A stretch of 57,948 nt of DNA from an uncultured Desulfohalobiaceae bacterium (GCA_964479235.1 CAYZLB010000001.1:1-57948), one strand, 5' to 3'. Shown: positions 7,805 to 19,484, counted from the stretch's first letter. Numbers and translations: made by a program. Notes: generated by a model from the letters alone, not told the origin.

Positions 7805-9460
7805 TTATATTTTGATAATTACCGGGACAATAACCGGATCCCGGCCCAAAGACTTGCGGAAATAGCGGCGCAAGGCGGACTTGATCCGGTCCCGCAGTTT
7901 TTTCCAGGCCCCGGTCGGAATCTTTTCATACACATCCATGATAATGGATTCTGCTTCAGTCAGAATATGCGCATACTGCTGTTCAAAGATAAATCCCTTG
8001 GACTCCAGACGCGGCCCCATGATGATTGAACCGCTTTCAGTATCCAGGACCATGACCACAACGACCATTCCCTCGTCAGCCAGGAGTTGACGCTCTTTTA
8101 AAATCGTGCTGCCCACATCGCCCACTCCCTTGCCGTCCACAAGCACTGAACGGGCCAAGAATTCCTCCTCATAGCGAATTCCCTGTTCCAAAAGGGTGAC
8201 CGGCTGTCCGTCCTCCAGGACCAGGGCTCGTTCCGGCGCAACCCCGCATTCCTGAGCCAGATCGGCATGCTTGACCAAATGCCGGTATTCTCCGTGAATG
8301 GGGACGAAAAATTTAGGCTTGACGGTACGTAACATCAGCCTGAGCTCTTCGCGGTGGGCGTGACCGGACGCATGGACTGCCTGCACCTTCTCGTACAGGA
8401 CTTCCGCCCCCAACTTGTACAGGCGATTGATCACCTTGTTGATGGCTTTGGTGTTGCCGGGAATGAATCTGGAGGACATGATCACCGTGTCTCCGGAATG
8501 AATACGCAATTGCCGGTGCGACCCTTCAGCCAGCCTGGTCATGGCCGACATGGGTTCGCCTTGGGAGCCGGTGACCAGGAGCACGACTTTTTCATCCGGC
8601 AAATCGCCGATGCTCTCTGGATCCACATAGCTCTGATCTGAAAAATTCAGGTAATCCAAGTCCCGGGCGATCTCAATGTTTGTGCTCAGACTCTTCCCGC
8701 TGACTGCCATAGTCCTTCCGAACTGTCTGGCCAGATCGTAGATCTCCTGAATGCGCTGAATATGACTGGAAAAGAGGGTGACCAGGATCCGGCCCGTGGC
8801 CTTCTGAAATATATCCTGGAGGCTGGCCTTTACTTCTTTTTCGGTCAGGGCAAAACCTTCCCGCTCCACATTGGTTGAGTCGGAAAACAGGAGTTGAACC
8901 CCGGAGCGGGAAAATTCAACCAAGCCCTCCAGGTCGGTGAAATGCCCACCCAGGGGATTGCGATCGATTTTAAAGTCCCCGGAATGGACGATCCGGCCCA
9001 CCGGGGTATCAATTCCCAAGGCATAGCCCTGGATTATGGAGTGACAGACCGGAAAGAACTGCAGGGAAAGATCGTTTATCAAAACGGTCTCTCTGGGTTG
9101 CACCGGCTGCAGGGTTACTTGATCATTCAGGGAAAATTCACGTAACTTGTTATTCACCAAGCCCAGAGTAAAGTCTGAGCCATAGACCGGCACATCAACA
9201 TCAGGGATGATCCAGGGCAGGGCCCCGATATGATCTTCATGTCCATGGGTCAAAATAATGGCCTGAAGCTTGTCTTTTTTCTCCAGGATAAAATCCAGCC
9301 GGGGGATGACCACATCCACCCCATAGTGAAAATCATCCGGAAACATGAGCCCGCAGTCGATGAGCACGGCGGATTCAGCTGTTTCCAGGAGCAGACAGTT
9401 CAGGCCGATCTCCCCTAGCCCGCCGATGGGATATAGGGTCAGCCGCTTTTCATTGTCCAT
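7805..9460 (-). CDS. rnj: Ribonuclease J
   Basis: GGLGEIGLN, THGHEDHIG, HSGDFKID, DSTN, TGSQGEP, HASGH motifs; start set at MDNEKR. Confidence 0.95.
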   Translation of the reverse strand: MDNEKRLTLYPIGGLGEIGLNCLLLETAESAVLIDCGLMFPDDFHYGVDVVIPRLDFILEKKDKLQAIILTHGHEDHIGALPWIIPDVDVPVYGSDFTLGLVNNKLREFSLNDQVTLQPVQPRETVLINDLSLQFFPVCHSIIQGYALGIDTPVGRIVHSGDFKIDRNPLGGHFTDLEGLVEFSRSGVQLLFSDSTNVEREGFALTEKEVKASLQDIFQKATGRILVTLFSSHIQRIQEIYDLARQFGRTMAVSGKSLSTNIEIARDLDYLNFSDQSYVDPESIGDLPDEKVVLLVTGSQGEPMSAMTRLAEGSHRQLRIHSGDTVIMSSRFIPGNTKAINKVINRLYKLGAEVLYEKVQAVHASGHAHREELRLMLRTVKPKFFVPIHGEYRHLVKHADLAQECGVAPERALVLEDGQPVTLLEQGIRYEEEFLARSVLVDGKGVGDVGSTILKERQLLADEGMVVVVMVLDTESGSIIMGPRLESKGFIFEQQYAHILTEAESIIMDVYEKIPTGAWKKLRDRIKSALRRYFRKSLGRDPVIVPVIIKI

Positions 9461-10191
9461 TGTTCCATCTCCATAAGTGTTGTATCCATCTCCGCCCACA
9501 AGGCGGTTTTCAGTCCGTTTCTGTCTTTGAGTGTGGCATCATCTGGAATGTCCCGGGGCGGCAAGGCCTTGACCCGCACAGCTCCGGGATGCAGGATGCA
9601 GGATCCCTTGGGCATAACCCGGCCTGATCCCTTGATCAGGACAGGAACAATAGGCACCTTGGCCTTAAGCGCAATCACAAAAGCCCCTATGTGAAAATCC
9701 TGCAATGTATTCCCATCTTCGGTCCGAGTCCCCTCAGGAAAAATGACCAGAGACTGTCCCTGCTGCAGGCGGTGGACAGCCTCCTGCATATCCCGCATGC
9801 CTTGTCTGCTGTTCTCCCGATCCACACCCAAATGGCCTGTCCGGCCCATACCCGGGCCGAACAAGGGAATGGCAAACAAGGACTTTTTGGCCACAAACCT
9901 TGGGTACCAAGTATGCAACAGATAAAGAAGGATGGGAATATCCAGCAGGCTTTGATGATTGGCGATAAATAGATAGGTGGAGTCTTCGTCCAGTTGGGCC
10001 AGATCGGCCTGTATATCCAGACCTGCGATTCGAAAAACAACCCTGGCCCACAGTTTTTCCAGCCGTTGCAGAAAATTGGTTGTCCCTGAAATCCTGGCCA
10101 AAATAACTATAGCCCCGGCAATACATCCTGTGGTCAAAAGAGCCGCAGGCAGAAAAAAAATATTTTTCAAAAAATACACCCAGGACTGCAT
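9439..10191 (-). CDS. plsC: 1-acyl-sn-glycerol-3-phosphate acyltransferase
   Basis: NHQSLLD and FPEGTR acyltransferase motifs; N-terminal transmembrane helix. Confidence 0.88.
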   Translation of the reverse strand: MQSWVYFLKNIFFLPAALLTTGCIAGAIVILARISGTTNFLQRLEKLWARVVFRIAGLDIQADLAQLDEDSTYLFIANHQSLLDIPILLYLLHTWYPRFVAKKSLFAIPLFGPGMGRTGHLGVDRENSRQGMRDMQEAVHRLQQGQSLVIFPEGTRTEDGNTLQDFHIGAFVIALKAKVPIVPVLIKGSGRVMPKGSCILHPGAVRVKALPPRDIPDDATLKDRNGLKTALWAEMDTTLMEMEQWTMKSG

Positions 10192-10363
10192 ACATCCACC
10201 CCGATAAAAATGAATAAGCCGCCCGCAGGCGGCTTCACATATACACCAATCACTACGTCCGAAAAACATCCCCTGTGTTCTGATCCGCCTTCGGAATCAT
10301 CCCAGGAACAAAAGCACACAGAATCTAATCACAATGGAGGGCACAATTCTGGCCTTTTTTTGA

Positions 10364-12427
10364 TCAGGCCTCTGCCTGTGCTTGCTTCTCTTCCAGGATC
10401 TTTTCCTGTATATTCGGCGGACACTCGGCATAGTGATCAAATTCCATTGTAAACACCCCTTGACCGCCGGTCATGGCCCGAAGATCCGGAGCATAGCGCA
10501 ATATTTCAGCCATGGGCACCTGGGCGTTGATCTCAGTGATCCCCTGGTCCGACTCATAACCCAAAACCTTTCCCCGCCTGCTGGAAAGATCGCCGATAAT
10601 ATCACCCATATACTCGTCGGGCACTGAAATCGTCATCCGCATGATCGGTTCCAAAAGGGTTACTCCGGTCTTTTCCGCCGCCTTTTTAAAGGCCATGGAA
10701 CCGGCAATCTTAAAGGCCATTTCCGAAGAGTCCACGCTGTGATAAGATCCATCGTACAGGGAAACCTTGAAATCCACCAAAGGATATCCAGCCAGAACCC
10801 CTTTTTGAGCAGCTTCCTGGATCCCCTGGTCAACGGCCGGAATAAAGGTCTTGGGAATCACGCCGCCGACGATCTGATTCACAAATTCATAGCCCTGCCC
10901 TCGTTCCTGTGGCTCCAGTTTGATCCAACAGTCGCCGAACTGTCCCCGGCCTCCGGTCTGCTTTTTATATCTGCCCTGGACTTCTGCCGATCCCTTAATG
11001 GTTTCCCGGTACGGTATCTTTGGGGCATGCAATTGAACATCGACTTTGTTCCTTCGGCGGATTTTCTCCACCGCAATCTCTATGTGCAGCTGTCCCATTC
11101 CAGAAAGCAGGATATCCCGGGTTTCTTCATTGTGCTCCAACTTCAGGCTGGTATCCTCCTCTAAAAGCTTTTGGATTGCGGCCACCATCTTGTCCTCGTC
11201 TTCCTTGCTTGTCCCGGTCAGGGCAAAAGACAGTAATTGGGGGGGGAGGGCCGGCTTGTCCAGGACAAAGGAATCTTTTTCTCCGCAGATAGTGTCACCG
11301 GTTCCCGTGCTTTTCAGCTTGGCCACGGCCACAATAGCTCCTGGCCCCACTTCTTCTTTGCATGGATCCTGTTTTTTGCCCACAACGAATTGAAGGGCTC
11401 CAAGCTTTTCCTTGGCGTCTTTGACTGGGTTGTAGACCTGAATGTCGGAACTGACTTTTCCGGACAAAACCCGAAGCATACTCAACTGTCCCCCAAAAGG
11501 GGTGGTGATGGTCTTGAACACAAAGCAGGCCAGGGGGACGTCGGGCGATGACTCCCGTTTGGTGCCGTCAACTGCCTTCCAGGGATCCCGGTCTAAAGGA
11601 CTTGGCAGAAGCTCCTGAATCTGTTCCAAGACCTGTAGTCCCCCTTTATTTGCCGCAGCAGCAGTTACACATACCGGAATCAATTCACCCTGAACCACGC
11701 CTTTGCGCAGTCCGGTTTTGATTTCTTCAGCCGAAAGTTCTCCTTCATCGAGATATTTTTCCATCAGCGCTTCGTCGCTCTCGGCAATATTTTCAACTGC
11801 CGATTCATACAGCGCAGCCACGCGATCGGCCAAATCATCCGGAACTACCTGACTCTTGACATTGCCTTCGGCATCAAACATGAGGGCCTTATTGTTCAAG
11901 ATATCGACCACACCTTGAAAATCGGCTTCAGCCCCAATGGGCAGGTAGAGAAGGACGGACTTGGCTCCCAGAACATCAGATACACCGGCAAAGGCCTGAT
12001 CAAAGTCGGCCCGTTCCCGGTCCATTTTGTTGATAACTATCATAGACGGCAGTCCGAGTTTACGCACGTCTTTCCACAGCTTCTTGTCCTGGGCCTTGAC
12101 ACCGTCAACAGCGTCAATAACATACACAGCTGCATCCGCAGCCATCAACTGGTAAGGAAATTCGCCCAAAAAGTTGGTATCCCCGGGATTGTCGATCATG
12201 AAGTGCCGATTTTTGTTCCAGGTATACATTGCATAGGCCGGCTGCACACTGCCGCCTTTTTTGGTCTCCTCTGGCTCGTAATCCAAAACAGTGTTTCCGG
12301 CATCAATGCTTCCCAAGCGGGTGGTCACTTTGGCATTGTACAAAAACATTTCGGCCAAGGAGGTTTTGCCGCTTCCGCTGCTTCCGGCCAGGGCAAAGGT
12401 TCGCTGTTTTTTGAGTCTCTCCTCCAT
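10364..12427 (-). CDS. fusA: Elongation factor G paralog (EF-G2-like)
   Basis: GSGKT, NKMD, LSGMGQLH, YRETI, KQTGGRGQFG, DGSYHSVDSSEMAF; divergent G1/G2 motifs; not in an str operon. Confidence 0.9.
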   Translation of the reverse strand: MEERLKKQRTFALAGSSGSGKTSLAEMFLYNAKVTTRLGSIDAGNTVLDYEPEETKKGGSVQPAYAMYTWNKNRHFMIDNPGDTNFLGEFPYQLMAADAAVYVIDAVDGVKAQDKKLWKDVRKLGLPSMIVINKMDRERADFDQAFAGVSDVLGAKSVLLYLPIGAEADFQGVVDILNNKALMFDAEGNVKSQVVPDDLADRVAALYESAVENIAESDEALMEKYLDEGELSAEEIKTGLRKGVVQGELIPVCVTAAAANKGGLQVLEQIQELLPSPLDRDPWKAVDGTKRESSPDVPLACFVFKTITTPFGGQLSMLRVLSGKVSSDIQVYNPVKDAKEKLGALQFVVGKKQDPCKEEVGPGAIVAVAKLKSTGTGDTICGEKDSFVLDKPALPPQLLSFALTGTSKEDEDKMVAAIQKLLEEDTSLKLEHNEETRDILLSGMGQLHIEIAVEKIRRRNKVDVQLHAPKIPYRETIKGSAEVQGRYKKQTGGRGQFGDCWIKLEPQERGQGYEFVNQIVGGVIPKTFIPAVDQGIQEAAQKGVLAGYPLVDFKVSLYDGSYHSVDSSEMAFKIAGSMAFKKAAEKTGVTLLEPIMRMTISVPDEYMGDIIGDLSSRRGKVLGYESDQGITEINAQVPMAEILRYAPDLRAMTGGQGVFTMEFDHYAECPPNIQEKILEEKQAQAEA

Positions 12428-12742
12428 TTGCGTTCTCCCTTCCTCCGAATTTGGGGTTCACATCAGACCGCCGTGTCTGCCTACCTTCAAAAAATATATA
12501 AAATAAAACAAGATACTGTCGGTCCTATCCCTGAGACAACCAGCCTCAAACCAATATCCTGACAGGAAAATGATAAAACTATACGAAAAGAAAAGGACAT
12601 GCAACATTTCTTGTCCCCCAGTTCAAGCATTGCGCTTCGAACGATGGTTGGATATCATTTTTGTTTGCTCTCTGAGCAATTGTGATTCAGGCAGAAATTG
12701 CCATGAGTTTTCTGCAAGCAATAAGGAGATTGAGGATACACC

Positions 12743-14650
12743 ATGCCGATCATCATGGGCACAGCAGGACATATTGATCACGGCAAAACCACGCTGATCA
12801 AGGCCTTGAGCGGGATTGACTGTGATCGTCTCAAAGATGAAAAGAAGCGGGGCATTACCATTGAACTCGGTTTTGCCTTTCTCGACCTTCCAGATGGACA
12901 ACGGATAGGAATTATTGATGTTCCTGGACATGAAAAATTTGTCAAAAACATGGTGGCTGGAGCAGCAGGTATTGATTTTGTACTTCTGACTGTGGCCGCA
13001 GATGAAGGGATCATGCCCCAAACCAAAGAACATCTGGAAATCTGCTCCCTGCTGGGCATCACTGAAGGACTGGTGGCCTTGACCAAAATGGACACTGTGG
13101 ATCCAGAACTCCTGGAACTGGCCCAGGAGGAAGTCCAGGGCTACCTGTCGGCCTCTTTTTTGTCTCAGGCCCCGATCATACCGGTTTCCGCTCATACCGG
13201 CCAGGGCATTCCGGAGCTGACCAAGGCCCTGCAGGAGCTGTCGGCCAAAAGCCGGGAGAATACATCCTCAGAGATTTTCCGTCTGCCTATTGACCGGGTC
13301 TTTACCATGCGCGGCCACGGAACAGTCATCACCGGTACCCTGATCGACGGCCGTATTTCTGTGGGTGAAAATATTGCGGTTTATCCCCGGGAAAGAAAAA
13401 CCAAGGTCCGGGGCCTGCAAGTCCACGGTCAGACAGTGGAGACAGCCCATGCCGGACAACGCACAGCCATGAACGTCGCCGGACTGGAAGTGGAAAACCT
13501 GCAACGCGGAGAATGCCTGGCCAAGCCCGGAACACTGTTCCCCTCCACTCTCTGGGATGTGGAGATCTCCCTTTTATCCACGGCTCCCAAACCACTCAAG
13601 CACAGGCGGGAGATCCACTTCCACCACGGAACCCAGGAGACTTTGGCCCGAGTGTACCTTTTGGACCGGGATCAGCTTGAGCCGGGTGAGACCTGTTTGG
13701 CCCAGGTCCGATTTCCTGAGCCTATGGCCGGCATCTTTGGAGACCGATATGTCATCCGGGCCTTTTCCCCCTTGCGGACCATTGCCGGAGGCATGATTTT
13801 AAGCCCTATGGGCATCAAGGTTCGACGCCGTTCCCAGGATCTGGACAGCCTGCAGGCCTTGAGGACTGCTGATCACGTTCAGCGTGTGCTCACCCATCTT
13901 CACAGGGCGGGCAAAACCGGCCTGACCGGACCTGAACTCCATGTCCTGACCGCCATGCCAGAGAAACATCTTGACCGGACTCTGCAAGACCTGGCCTCCA
14001 AACAGCAGATCTTCCTTTTTGACCGCGAAGAACAACGCTATGTATCCCGGCAAATCATAGAGGATTTGACTGGAGATCTTTTGGAACATGTGCGCACATT
14101 TCACCGCACCAATCCTATGAAGGCGGGGATCTCCAGAGGCATGCTCAGCACTGGGTGGGGACGCGGCCTCTCTTTTAAACTCCTGCATTTCGTGATTGAG
14201 CGGTGTCTGAAAAAAAAGGGCCTGGTCACGGAAAAGGAAGTCCTTCGCCTGCCGGAGCACAGCATTTCCCTGGCCTCAGATCAATCCCAGCTCAAAAAGG
14301 AACTCTTGCGTACCTATGACCAGGCCGCAATGCAGCCTCCGAACTTCAACACGGTCCTTGAAACCCTGAACGTATCGAAAAAAGAGGCTTTAGGGGTCAT
14401 TGACCTCCTCATCGGGGAGGGAAAACTGGTTAAGATAAATGACAGCCTGTACTTCAGCACACAGGCCGTCGACCAGGTCCGGGACCTGATCCTTGAGCAC
14501 TTTGCCGCCCATGTTGAGCTCAGCCCCACGGACTTCAAGGAACTCACCGGCCTATCCCGCAAATACAGTATTCCCCTTTTGGAGTACCTGGACAAGCAGA
14601 AGATCACCATGCGGGTGGGGGATGTGCGCAAGCTGCGGAAGGGGCAGTGA
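12743..14650 (+). CDS. selB: Selenocysteine-specific translation elongation factor
   Basis: [29 protein letters not shown] and C-terminal winged-helix [14 protein letters not shown]. Confidence 0.96.
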   Translation: MPIIMGTAGHIDHGKTTLIKALSGIDCDRLKDEKKRGITIELGFAFLDLPDGQRIGIIDVPGHEKFVKNMVAGAAGIDFVLLTVAADEGIMPQTKEHLEICSLLGITEGLVALTKMDTVDPELLELAQEEVQGYLSASFLSQAPIIPVSAHTGQGIPELTKALQELSAKSRENTSSEIFRLPIDRVFTMRGHGTVITGTLIDGRISVGENIAVYPRERKTKVRGLQVHGQTVETAHAGQRTAMNVAGLEVENLQRGECLAKPGTLFPSTLWDVEISLLSTAPKPLKHRREIHFHHGTQETLARVYLLDRDQLEPGETCLAQVRFPEPMAGIFGDRYVIRAFSPLRTIAGGMILSPMGIKVRRRSQDLDSLQALRTADHVQRVLTHLHRAGKTGLTGPELHVLTAMPEKHLDRTLQDLASKQQIFLFDREEQRYVSRQIIEDLTGDLLEHVRTFHRTNPMKAGISRGMLSTGWGRGLSFKLLHFVIERCLKKKGLVTEKEVLRLPEHSISLASDQSQLKKELLRTYDQAAMQPPNFNTVLETLNVSKKEALGVIDLLIGEGKLVKINDSLYFSTQAVDQVRDLILEHFAAHVELSPTDFKELTGLSRKYSIPLLEYLDKQKITMRVGDVRKLRKGQ

Positions 14651-14770
14651 TCAGTGGTCAGCTTTGCCTCCGGCAAATCTGACATATTTTTTGCCCCAAA
14701 GCGGGCAAAAAAAGAAGTAATTTGCCGGATTGATCAGGTATGAAACGCACGGATGTCCGGTTTCGGTCCC

Positions 14771-14832
14771 TCCGTCATTGCCCGGCCCAGATCCTTCGAA
14801 CATACCGGGATGAGGCACTCCGGGCAATCTAG
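14771..14832. repeat. CGTC-tagged REP-like palindromic repeat
   Basis: TCCGTCATTGCCCGG-N~35-CCGGGCAATCTAG; same ends recur at 39409, 41465, 52571 and 52776. Confidence 0.7.
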
Positions 14833-14970
14833 GGGAAAGCCTTTCTATCTGCTCTTGATTCCCGCCTTGCGCGGAAAAGACGGACGAAGTGGTATCTAGT
14901 TTCATACGAGTGGTCAGTGAAGATGAGTAAATAAAGACAGTTATGTCAAGCAGAATATCTTGTATTGCAT

Positions 14971-15003
14971 AAAAAAAGGCTTGCGAGAACCTCGCAAGCC
15001 TTT
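14971..15003 (-). terminator. Rho-independent terminator downstream of tRNA-His
   Basis: AAAAAAAGGCTTGCGAG-AAC-CTCGCAAGCCTTT hairpin with a T-run on the minus strand. Confidence 0.8.
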
Positions 15004-15007
15004 GAAA

Positions 15008-15084
15008 TGGGGTGGGTGACGTGACTTGAACACGCGACCACTTGGGCCACAACCAAGTGCTCTACCTCCTGAGCTACACCCACC
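15008..15084 (-). tRNA. tRNA-His (GUG)
   Basis: Minus strand GGTGGGTGTAGCTCAGGAGGTAGAGCACTTGGTTGTGGCCCAAGTGGTCGCGTGTTCAAGTCACGTCACCCACCCCA: cloverleaf, anticodon GTG, G-1:C73 identity pair, encoded CCA. Confidence 0.97.
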
Positions 15085-15134
15085 GCGCTCAAGGACATAC
15101 TTTTACAAAAGCTTTTTTCCAAGGTCAAGCCTTT

Positions 15135-16385
15135 ATGGACAAATTGATTATTGAAGGTGGTCTTCCCCTGCAGGGAACCATACAGGTCAACGGTTCTAAA
15201 AATGCCTCCCTGCCCATCCTGCTGGCCTGCATGCTGGTACCAGAACCAGTCATCTTGCACAGTATCCCAAATTTGCGGGACATAGCCACCACCATGAATC
15301 TTTTGCACCTCTTGGGATGCGAGACGGATCAGTCCAACGGGGAGATAACGGTTCGGGCCGGTCGCAAGCTGCATCCCGAGGCTCCGTACGATCTGGTTCG
15401 CACCATGCGCGCTTCTGTCCTTTGCCTTGGTCCCTTGCTGGCTCGTTTGGGCCGGGCCAAAGTAGCCCTGCCCGGGGGGTGCGCCATCGGAACACGGCCT
15501 GTTGATCTTCACCTCCGGGCCCTGGAACGTATGGGTGCGGTGATTGATATCGATTCCGGATATATCGATGCCCGCTGTCAACGATTGCGCGGCACGCACA
15601 TCGCCTTTGACTTCCCCACAGTGGGGGGAACCGAAAACCTGCTCATGGCAGCCGTCCTGGCCCAGGGGGAGACCATTCTGGAAAATGCGGCCCGGGAACC
15701 TGAGATCCAGGATCTGGCCAATTTCTTATGTGCCTGCGGCGCAAAGATTCAAGGCCAGGGCACCAGTCTGATCCGGGTCCAAGGAGTGGCAAACCTGCAC
15801 GGATGCACCTATACCGTCATGCCGGACCGCATAGAGGCCGGAACCTACATGCTGGCTGCGGCCATCACCAACGGAACACTTGAGGTCTGCAATTGTCCGG
15901 TCCAGGCCACAGAAACAACAATTTATAAACTCCAGGAGATGGGGGGACAGGTCCAGGTGGATACGGACAGAGTCCATGTCGCATCCGGTGCGCTCCAGGG
16001 AGTTGATATTGTCACCCAGCCCTACCCGGGATTCCCCACCGACATGCAGGCCCAGTTCATGGCCCTGATGTGCGTAGCCCAGGGATCGGGTACTATCCAG
16101 GAGACCATCTTTGAAAACCGCTTCATGCATGCCATGGAGCTCATGCGCCTTGGAGCCCGCATCCGTATCTCCGGAGACACGGCTGTGATTCGAGGAGGAA
16201 AAACGCTACGCGGAGCCACCCTTATGGCTTCAGACCTCAGGGCCAGTGCGTCCCTTGTCCTGGCCGGGCTTGCGGCCCAGGGCCGGACTGAAGTCCGGCG
16301 CATCTACCATCTGGACCGCGGTTATGAACAAATGGAAGAGAAACTAGCCCACGTAGGGGCCAGAATATGGCGGGAAGCGGAATAA
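15135..16385 (+). CDS. murA: UDP-N-acetylglucosamine 1-carboxyvinyltransferase
   Basis: [43 protein letters not shown]; start set at MDKLII. Confidence 0.97.
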   Translation: MDKLIIEGGLPLQGTIQVNGSKNASLPILLACMLVPEPVILHSIPNLRDIATTMNLLHLLGCETDQSNGEITVRAGRKLHPEAPYDLVRTMRASVLCLGPLLARLGRAKVALPGGCAIGTRPVDLHLRALERMGAVIDIDSGYIDARCQRLRGTHIAFDFPTVGGTENLLMAAVLAQGETILENAAREPEIQDLANFLCACGAKIQGQGTSLIRVQGVANLHGCTYTVMPDRIEAGTYMLAAAITNGTLEVCNCPVQATETTIYKLQEMGGQVQVDTDRVHVASGALQGVDIVTQPYPGFPTDMQAQFMALMCVAQGSGTIQETIFENRFMHAMELMRLGARIRISGDTAVIRGGKTLRGATLMASDLRASASLVLAGLAAQGRTEVRRIYHLDRGYEQMEEKLAHVGARIWREAE

Positions 16386-16425
16386 TATGAAAAGACCGGG
16401 GACAAGCCCCGGTCTTTTCATATTA
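16383..16425. terminator. Bidirectional terminator after murA
   Basis: Perfect 19-bp stem TAATATGAAAAGACCGGGG / CCCCGGTCTTTTCATATTA between convergent genes. Confidence 0.85.
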
Positions 16426-16577
16426 CATAGTCGAACATAGCCCTCCCAATGTCTTGTCGTTCCTTGGACTACGGAAAATCCAGGCTTCACCCTAGTGGCA
16501 GGTCATGCCTTGGTTGTCGCAATCTCTACCCCAAAGGAGGATGTTTTCTTGTGCGATAATCGAGACATGCCAAGGCC

Positions 16578-17723
16578 TTAGACCACACTCTGCTCCCGCA
16601 TTCCCCGGATCTCGTCCAGGGTGTACCCCAGTTCCAGCAGAATCTGTTCGGTATGCTCTCCGAATCTGGCCGGTCGGGAACGTAAAGCTCCGGGCGTGTC
16701 CTCCAAACGTGCCGGAACTCCCAGGGTGGGAACCGGCCGGCCGTCTTGGTCCGGATAATGCGATGCCATACCCCGGGCCTGAAACTGAGGATGGTTCATG
16801 GCCTCATCCAGGGTCCGGACTCCCTGGTAGCAGGCATCCAGGGCAGAAAGTTCCGCCTCCCACTCAGCTAATGTTTTCTGACGGAAACAGCGTGCGAATT
16901 CGGCCTTGATCTCTCTCCGCCCGCTCTCATCGAATTGCAATGGAATATACTCCTCCAAACCGAGATGAGTACACAAGGCAGACCAGAATTTGGGCTCCAG
17001 GGCCCCGACACTCACAGCCCTGCCGTCGGCTGTTTCATAGGTATTGTAACAGGCATAGCCGTGCGATAGAAGTGACTCGCCGCGTTTGGGCACATGGCCC
17101 GTCTGATTGTACTGGTTCAAAACCAGGGGCAAAAGGCCCATGGCTGCCTCGCTCATGGATATATCCACATATTGCCCTTTTCCAGTCTGTTCCCTGGCCA
17201 AAAGGGCCATTAAGATCCCGATGGCCGCTTGCATCCCCCCGGCCAGATCAGCCAATTGAACACCAGGAATAACCGGTGGGCACTGAACAGGTCCAATACA
17301 GTCCAGGACACCGGCGGCAGCAATATAATTCACATCGTGGCCGGCCTTGTCTTTTTCCGGTCCGTTTTGGCCGTATCCGGTAATAGAACAGTAGACCAGT
17401 CCGGGATTGATCGTGTGCAGGCAGTTATAATCCACACCCAATCTGGCTGTGACTCCGGGGCGAAATCCCTCGATGAGCACATCTGCTGTCTGGATCAAAC
17501 GGCAAAAAGCTGCATGGCCGGCCTCGGACTTGATATTTAAGGTCATATGTTCTTTATTTCTGTACATGGAAGAAATAAAAAAGGGATCCTCGGCAAACCG
17601 CTTATCTTCAACAGCAATAACCCGAGCTCCATGATCGGCCAGGATCATGGAGCAATAGGGCCCAGGCAATAATCTGGATAAATCAACCACCGTCTTTCCG
17701 GTGAGGGCGCCGTGCTCCAACAT
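16578..17723 (-). CDS. CaiB/BaiF family III CoA-transferase (alpha-methylacyl-CoA racemase-like)
   Basis: DLSRLLPGPY, EGFRPGV, SITGYGQ, AGHDVNY, GQYVDISM motifs. Confidence 0.92.
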   Translation of the reverse strand: MLEHGALTGKTVVDLSRLLPGPYCSMILADHGARVIAVEDKRFAEDPFFISSMYRNKEHMTLNIKSEAGHAAFCRLIQTADVLIEGFRPGVTARLGVDYNCLHTINPGLVYCSITGYGQNGPEKDKAGHDVNYIAAAGVLDCIGPVQCPPVIPGVQLADLAGGMQAAIGILMALLAREQTGKGQYVDISMSEAAMGLLPLVLNQYNQTGHVPKRGESLLSHGYACYNTYETADGRAVSVGALEPKFWSALCTHLGLEEYIPLQFDESGRREIKAEFARCFRQKTLAEWEAELSALDACYQGVRTLDEAMNHPQFQARGMASHYPDQDGRPVPTLGVPARLEDTPGALRSRPARFGEHTEQILLELGYTLDEIRGMREQSVV

Positions 17724-17976
17724 ATCTTCTCCTCTCCTATTAAACCTCATGCCCTATTGGTCACAACGATTTTTTCAAACACACCGGCTGGGCAATGACA
17801 GAAAAAGACAAGCGTTTTTACCGCCAACTTGTATATCCAAAGCACATAAGCAGAAATAATGATCATAGGGAAGTGTTTTTTACGAAAATCAGGATATGCC
17901 ATGACACACGACCTACGAAGCCTCGATTGCCACCTGTTCCGTGTGACGAGTCAGGTCTGGGAGCCAACCAGAACAT

Positions 17977-18600
17977 CTACCTTGTTCTCCCTGCATTTTC
18001 GGCCAGAATCCCCTTGGTATAAATGTCCACGATATGCTCCACAATTTCCTGGACCGATAAGGCCTTATCCGAACGGTACCAAAAGTAGAGCCAATGGACG
18101 GCGCTAAACAAGGAAAAAGTGAGTACCGTGAGATTGCACTCCCGGAGTTTGCCTTGATGCATCAGCTCGTGCAGATACGCCCGGAGCTGATTAACGTTGG
18201 CTTTTTCAATATCCAGGATGACGCGCTTTTTGTTCTCAGGCAGGGACTCGATGTCATGGAGGAGGACTTTGTTGAAGTTTTTATTTTGCAGATAACTGGT
18301 GGTGTATTCCAGGAGGATGTCTGTGAGTTGCTCTTTAACCGAGACATTGAGATCCTGATTCCTGCGGATGGCTTTTTGCAGATTCTCATAGACCAAGTTT
18401 CCGGCATGCAAGCAAATTGTATACAACATTTCTTCTTTATTTGTGAAATGATGATACATTGCCGCTTTGCTGATACCCACTCGTTCAGCAATTTCTCGCA
18501 TTGAGGCCTTTTCATAGCCTTTTTCATAAAAAAGCTCATGGGCCTCGCGGAGAATGACTCGGGCAGTATCGTGCAACGCATCGTAATCTTTTGTATTCAT
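17977..18600 (-). CDS. TetR/AcrR family transcriptional regulator
   Basis: N-terminal HTH LFYEKGYEKASMREIAERVGISKAAMYHHFTNKEE; upstream of the CoA-transferase. Confidence 0.93.
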   Translation of the reverse strand: MNTKDYDALHDTARVILREAHELFYEKGYEKASMREIAERVGISKAAMYHHFTNKEEMLYTICLHAGNLVYENLQKAIRRNQDLNVSVKEQLTDILLEYTTSYLQNKNFNKVLLHDIESLPENKKRVILDIEKANVNQLRAYLHELMHQGKLRECNLTVLTFSLFSAVHWLYFWYRSDKALSVQEIVEHIVDIYTKGILAENAGRTR

Positions 18601-18729
18601 CCCTCCCCCTCAGCCTGGCCGAGATCAGCCCTTATCCCAGATAAAACAGCGTTTACCTACTGAACAGTCATTCTAGGAAAAACACAAATAAGTTGTCAAG
18701 ACAGCAATTTGTGATTAGGAAGACTTCCT

Positions 18730-19458
18730 ATGCTGCATGTAGCAATCAACAGTCGGGATTTTTTTCTCCAAAGACCGTCAGACCTGGAATCCATGTGGGA
18801 ACGAATGGCTGATCAGGATTTGGATCCCGATGAACATATCCCCTATTGGGTTGAACTCTGGCCGGCCTCCATTGTCTTGGCCCAATGGCTTGTAGCCCAA
18901 GAGAAACGTATCGCTGGGCACCGGTGTCTGGACCTCGGGTGCGGTTTAGGCTTATGCACTCAAGCTGCTGCCTCCTGCCAGGCCCGTGTCGTGGGCACAG
19001 ACTATGAAGTGCAGGCCCTGCATTTTGCTCAGGAAGGTGCCGGAACAAACCAGCCCTGGACCTGGCTGGGTATGGACTGGCGCTGTCCCTGCTTCAAACC
19101 GAAAAGCTTTCCCTTTATATTTGGCGCGGATATCCTCTATGAATCCCGCTTTTTCGCTCCCATCATTGATCTGTGGGCGAACTTGCTGACCCCGGGTGGA
19201 AAGATATGGATTACTGACCCGGAGCGGGAGGTAAGCCGGCCCTTCTGGTCGGATATCCTGCCTCGCAAAGGCTTGAGAGCCAACTGTGTCCTCCAAGAAA
19301 AGGTGAGCTACCAGTCCTATCAAAACATGCAGATATCCTTGTGGGAAGTCAGCTTTGGCTCCGGCAAATCTGCCATATCTTTAGGGCCAAAGCGCCCAGA
19401 AAACGTTTTGGAAGAAAGTTCTTCCATCTGGTCCGGATTTCCGCCTGCACGGAAATGA
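18730..19458 (+). CDS. Class I SAM-dependent methyltransferase (family 16-like)
   Basis: PYWVELWPAS, LDLGCGLGL, GADILYE motifs. Confidence 0.85.
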   Translation: MLHVAINSRDFFLQRPSDLESMWERMADQDLDPDEHIPYWVELWPASIVLAQWLVAQEKRIAGHRCLDLGCGLGLCTQAAASCQARVVGTDYEVQALHFAQEGAGTNQPWTWLGMDWRCPCFKPKSFPFIFGADILYESRFFAPIIDLWANLLTPGGKIWITDPEREVSRPFWSDILPRKGLRANCVLQEKVSYQSYQNMQISLWEVSFGSGKSAISLGPKRPENVLEESSSIWSGFPPARK

Positions 19459-19484
19459 CGGCCAAAGCAAGGTTTCTTTTCATG

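Noticed and set aside
15008..15084. tRNA-Sec (because it is next to selB), or an integration site
   Set aside because: The anticodon is GTG with a short variable loop, so it is His; no duplicated tRNA 3' end or integrase was seen.
14651..15134. 133-aa minus ORF and the 5' extension of the murA ORF
   Set aside because: Both overlap tRNA-His, and the minus ORF also runs through its terminator and a REP; these are spurious frames.
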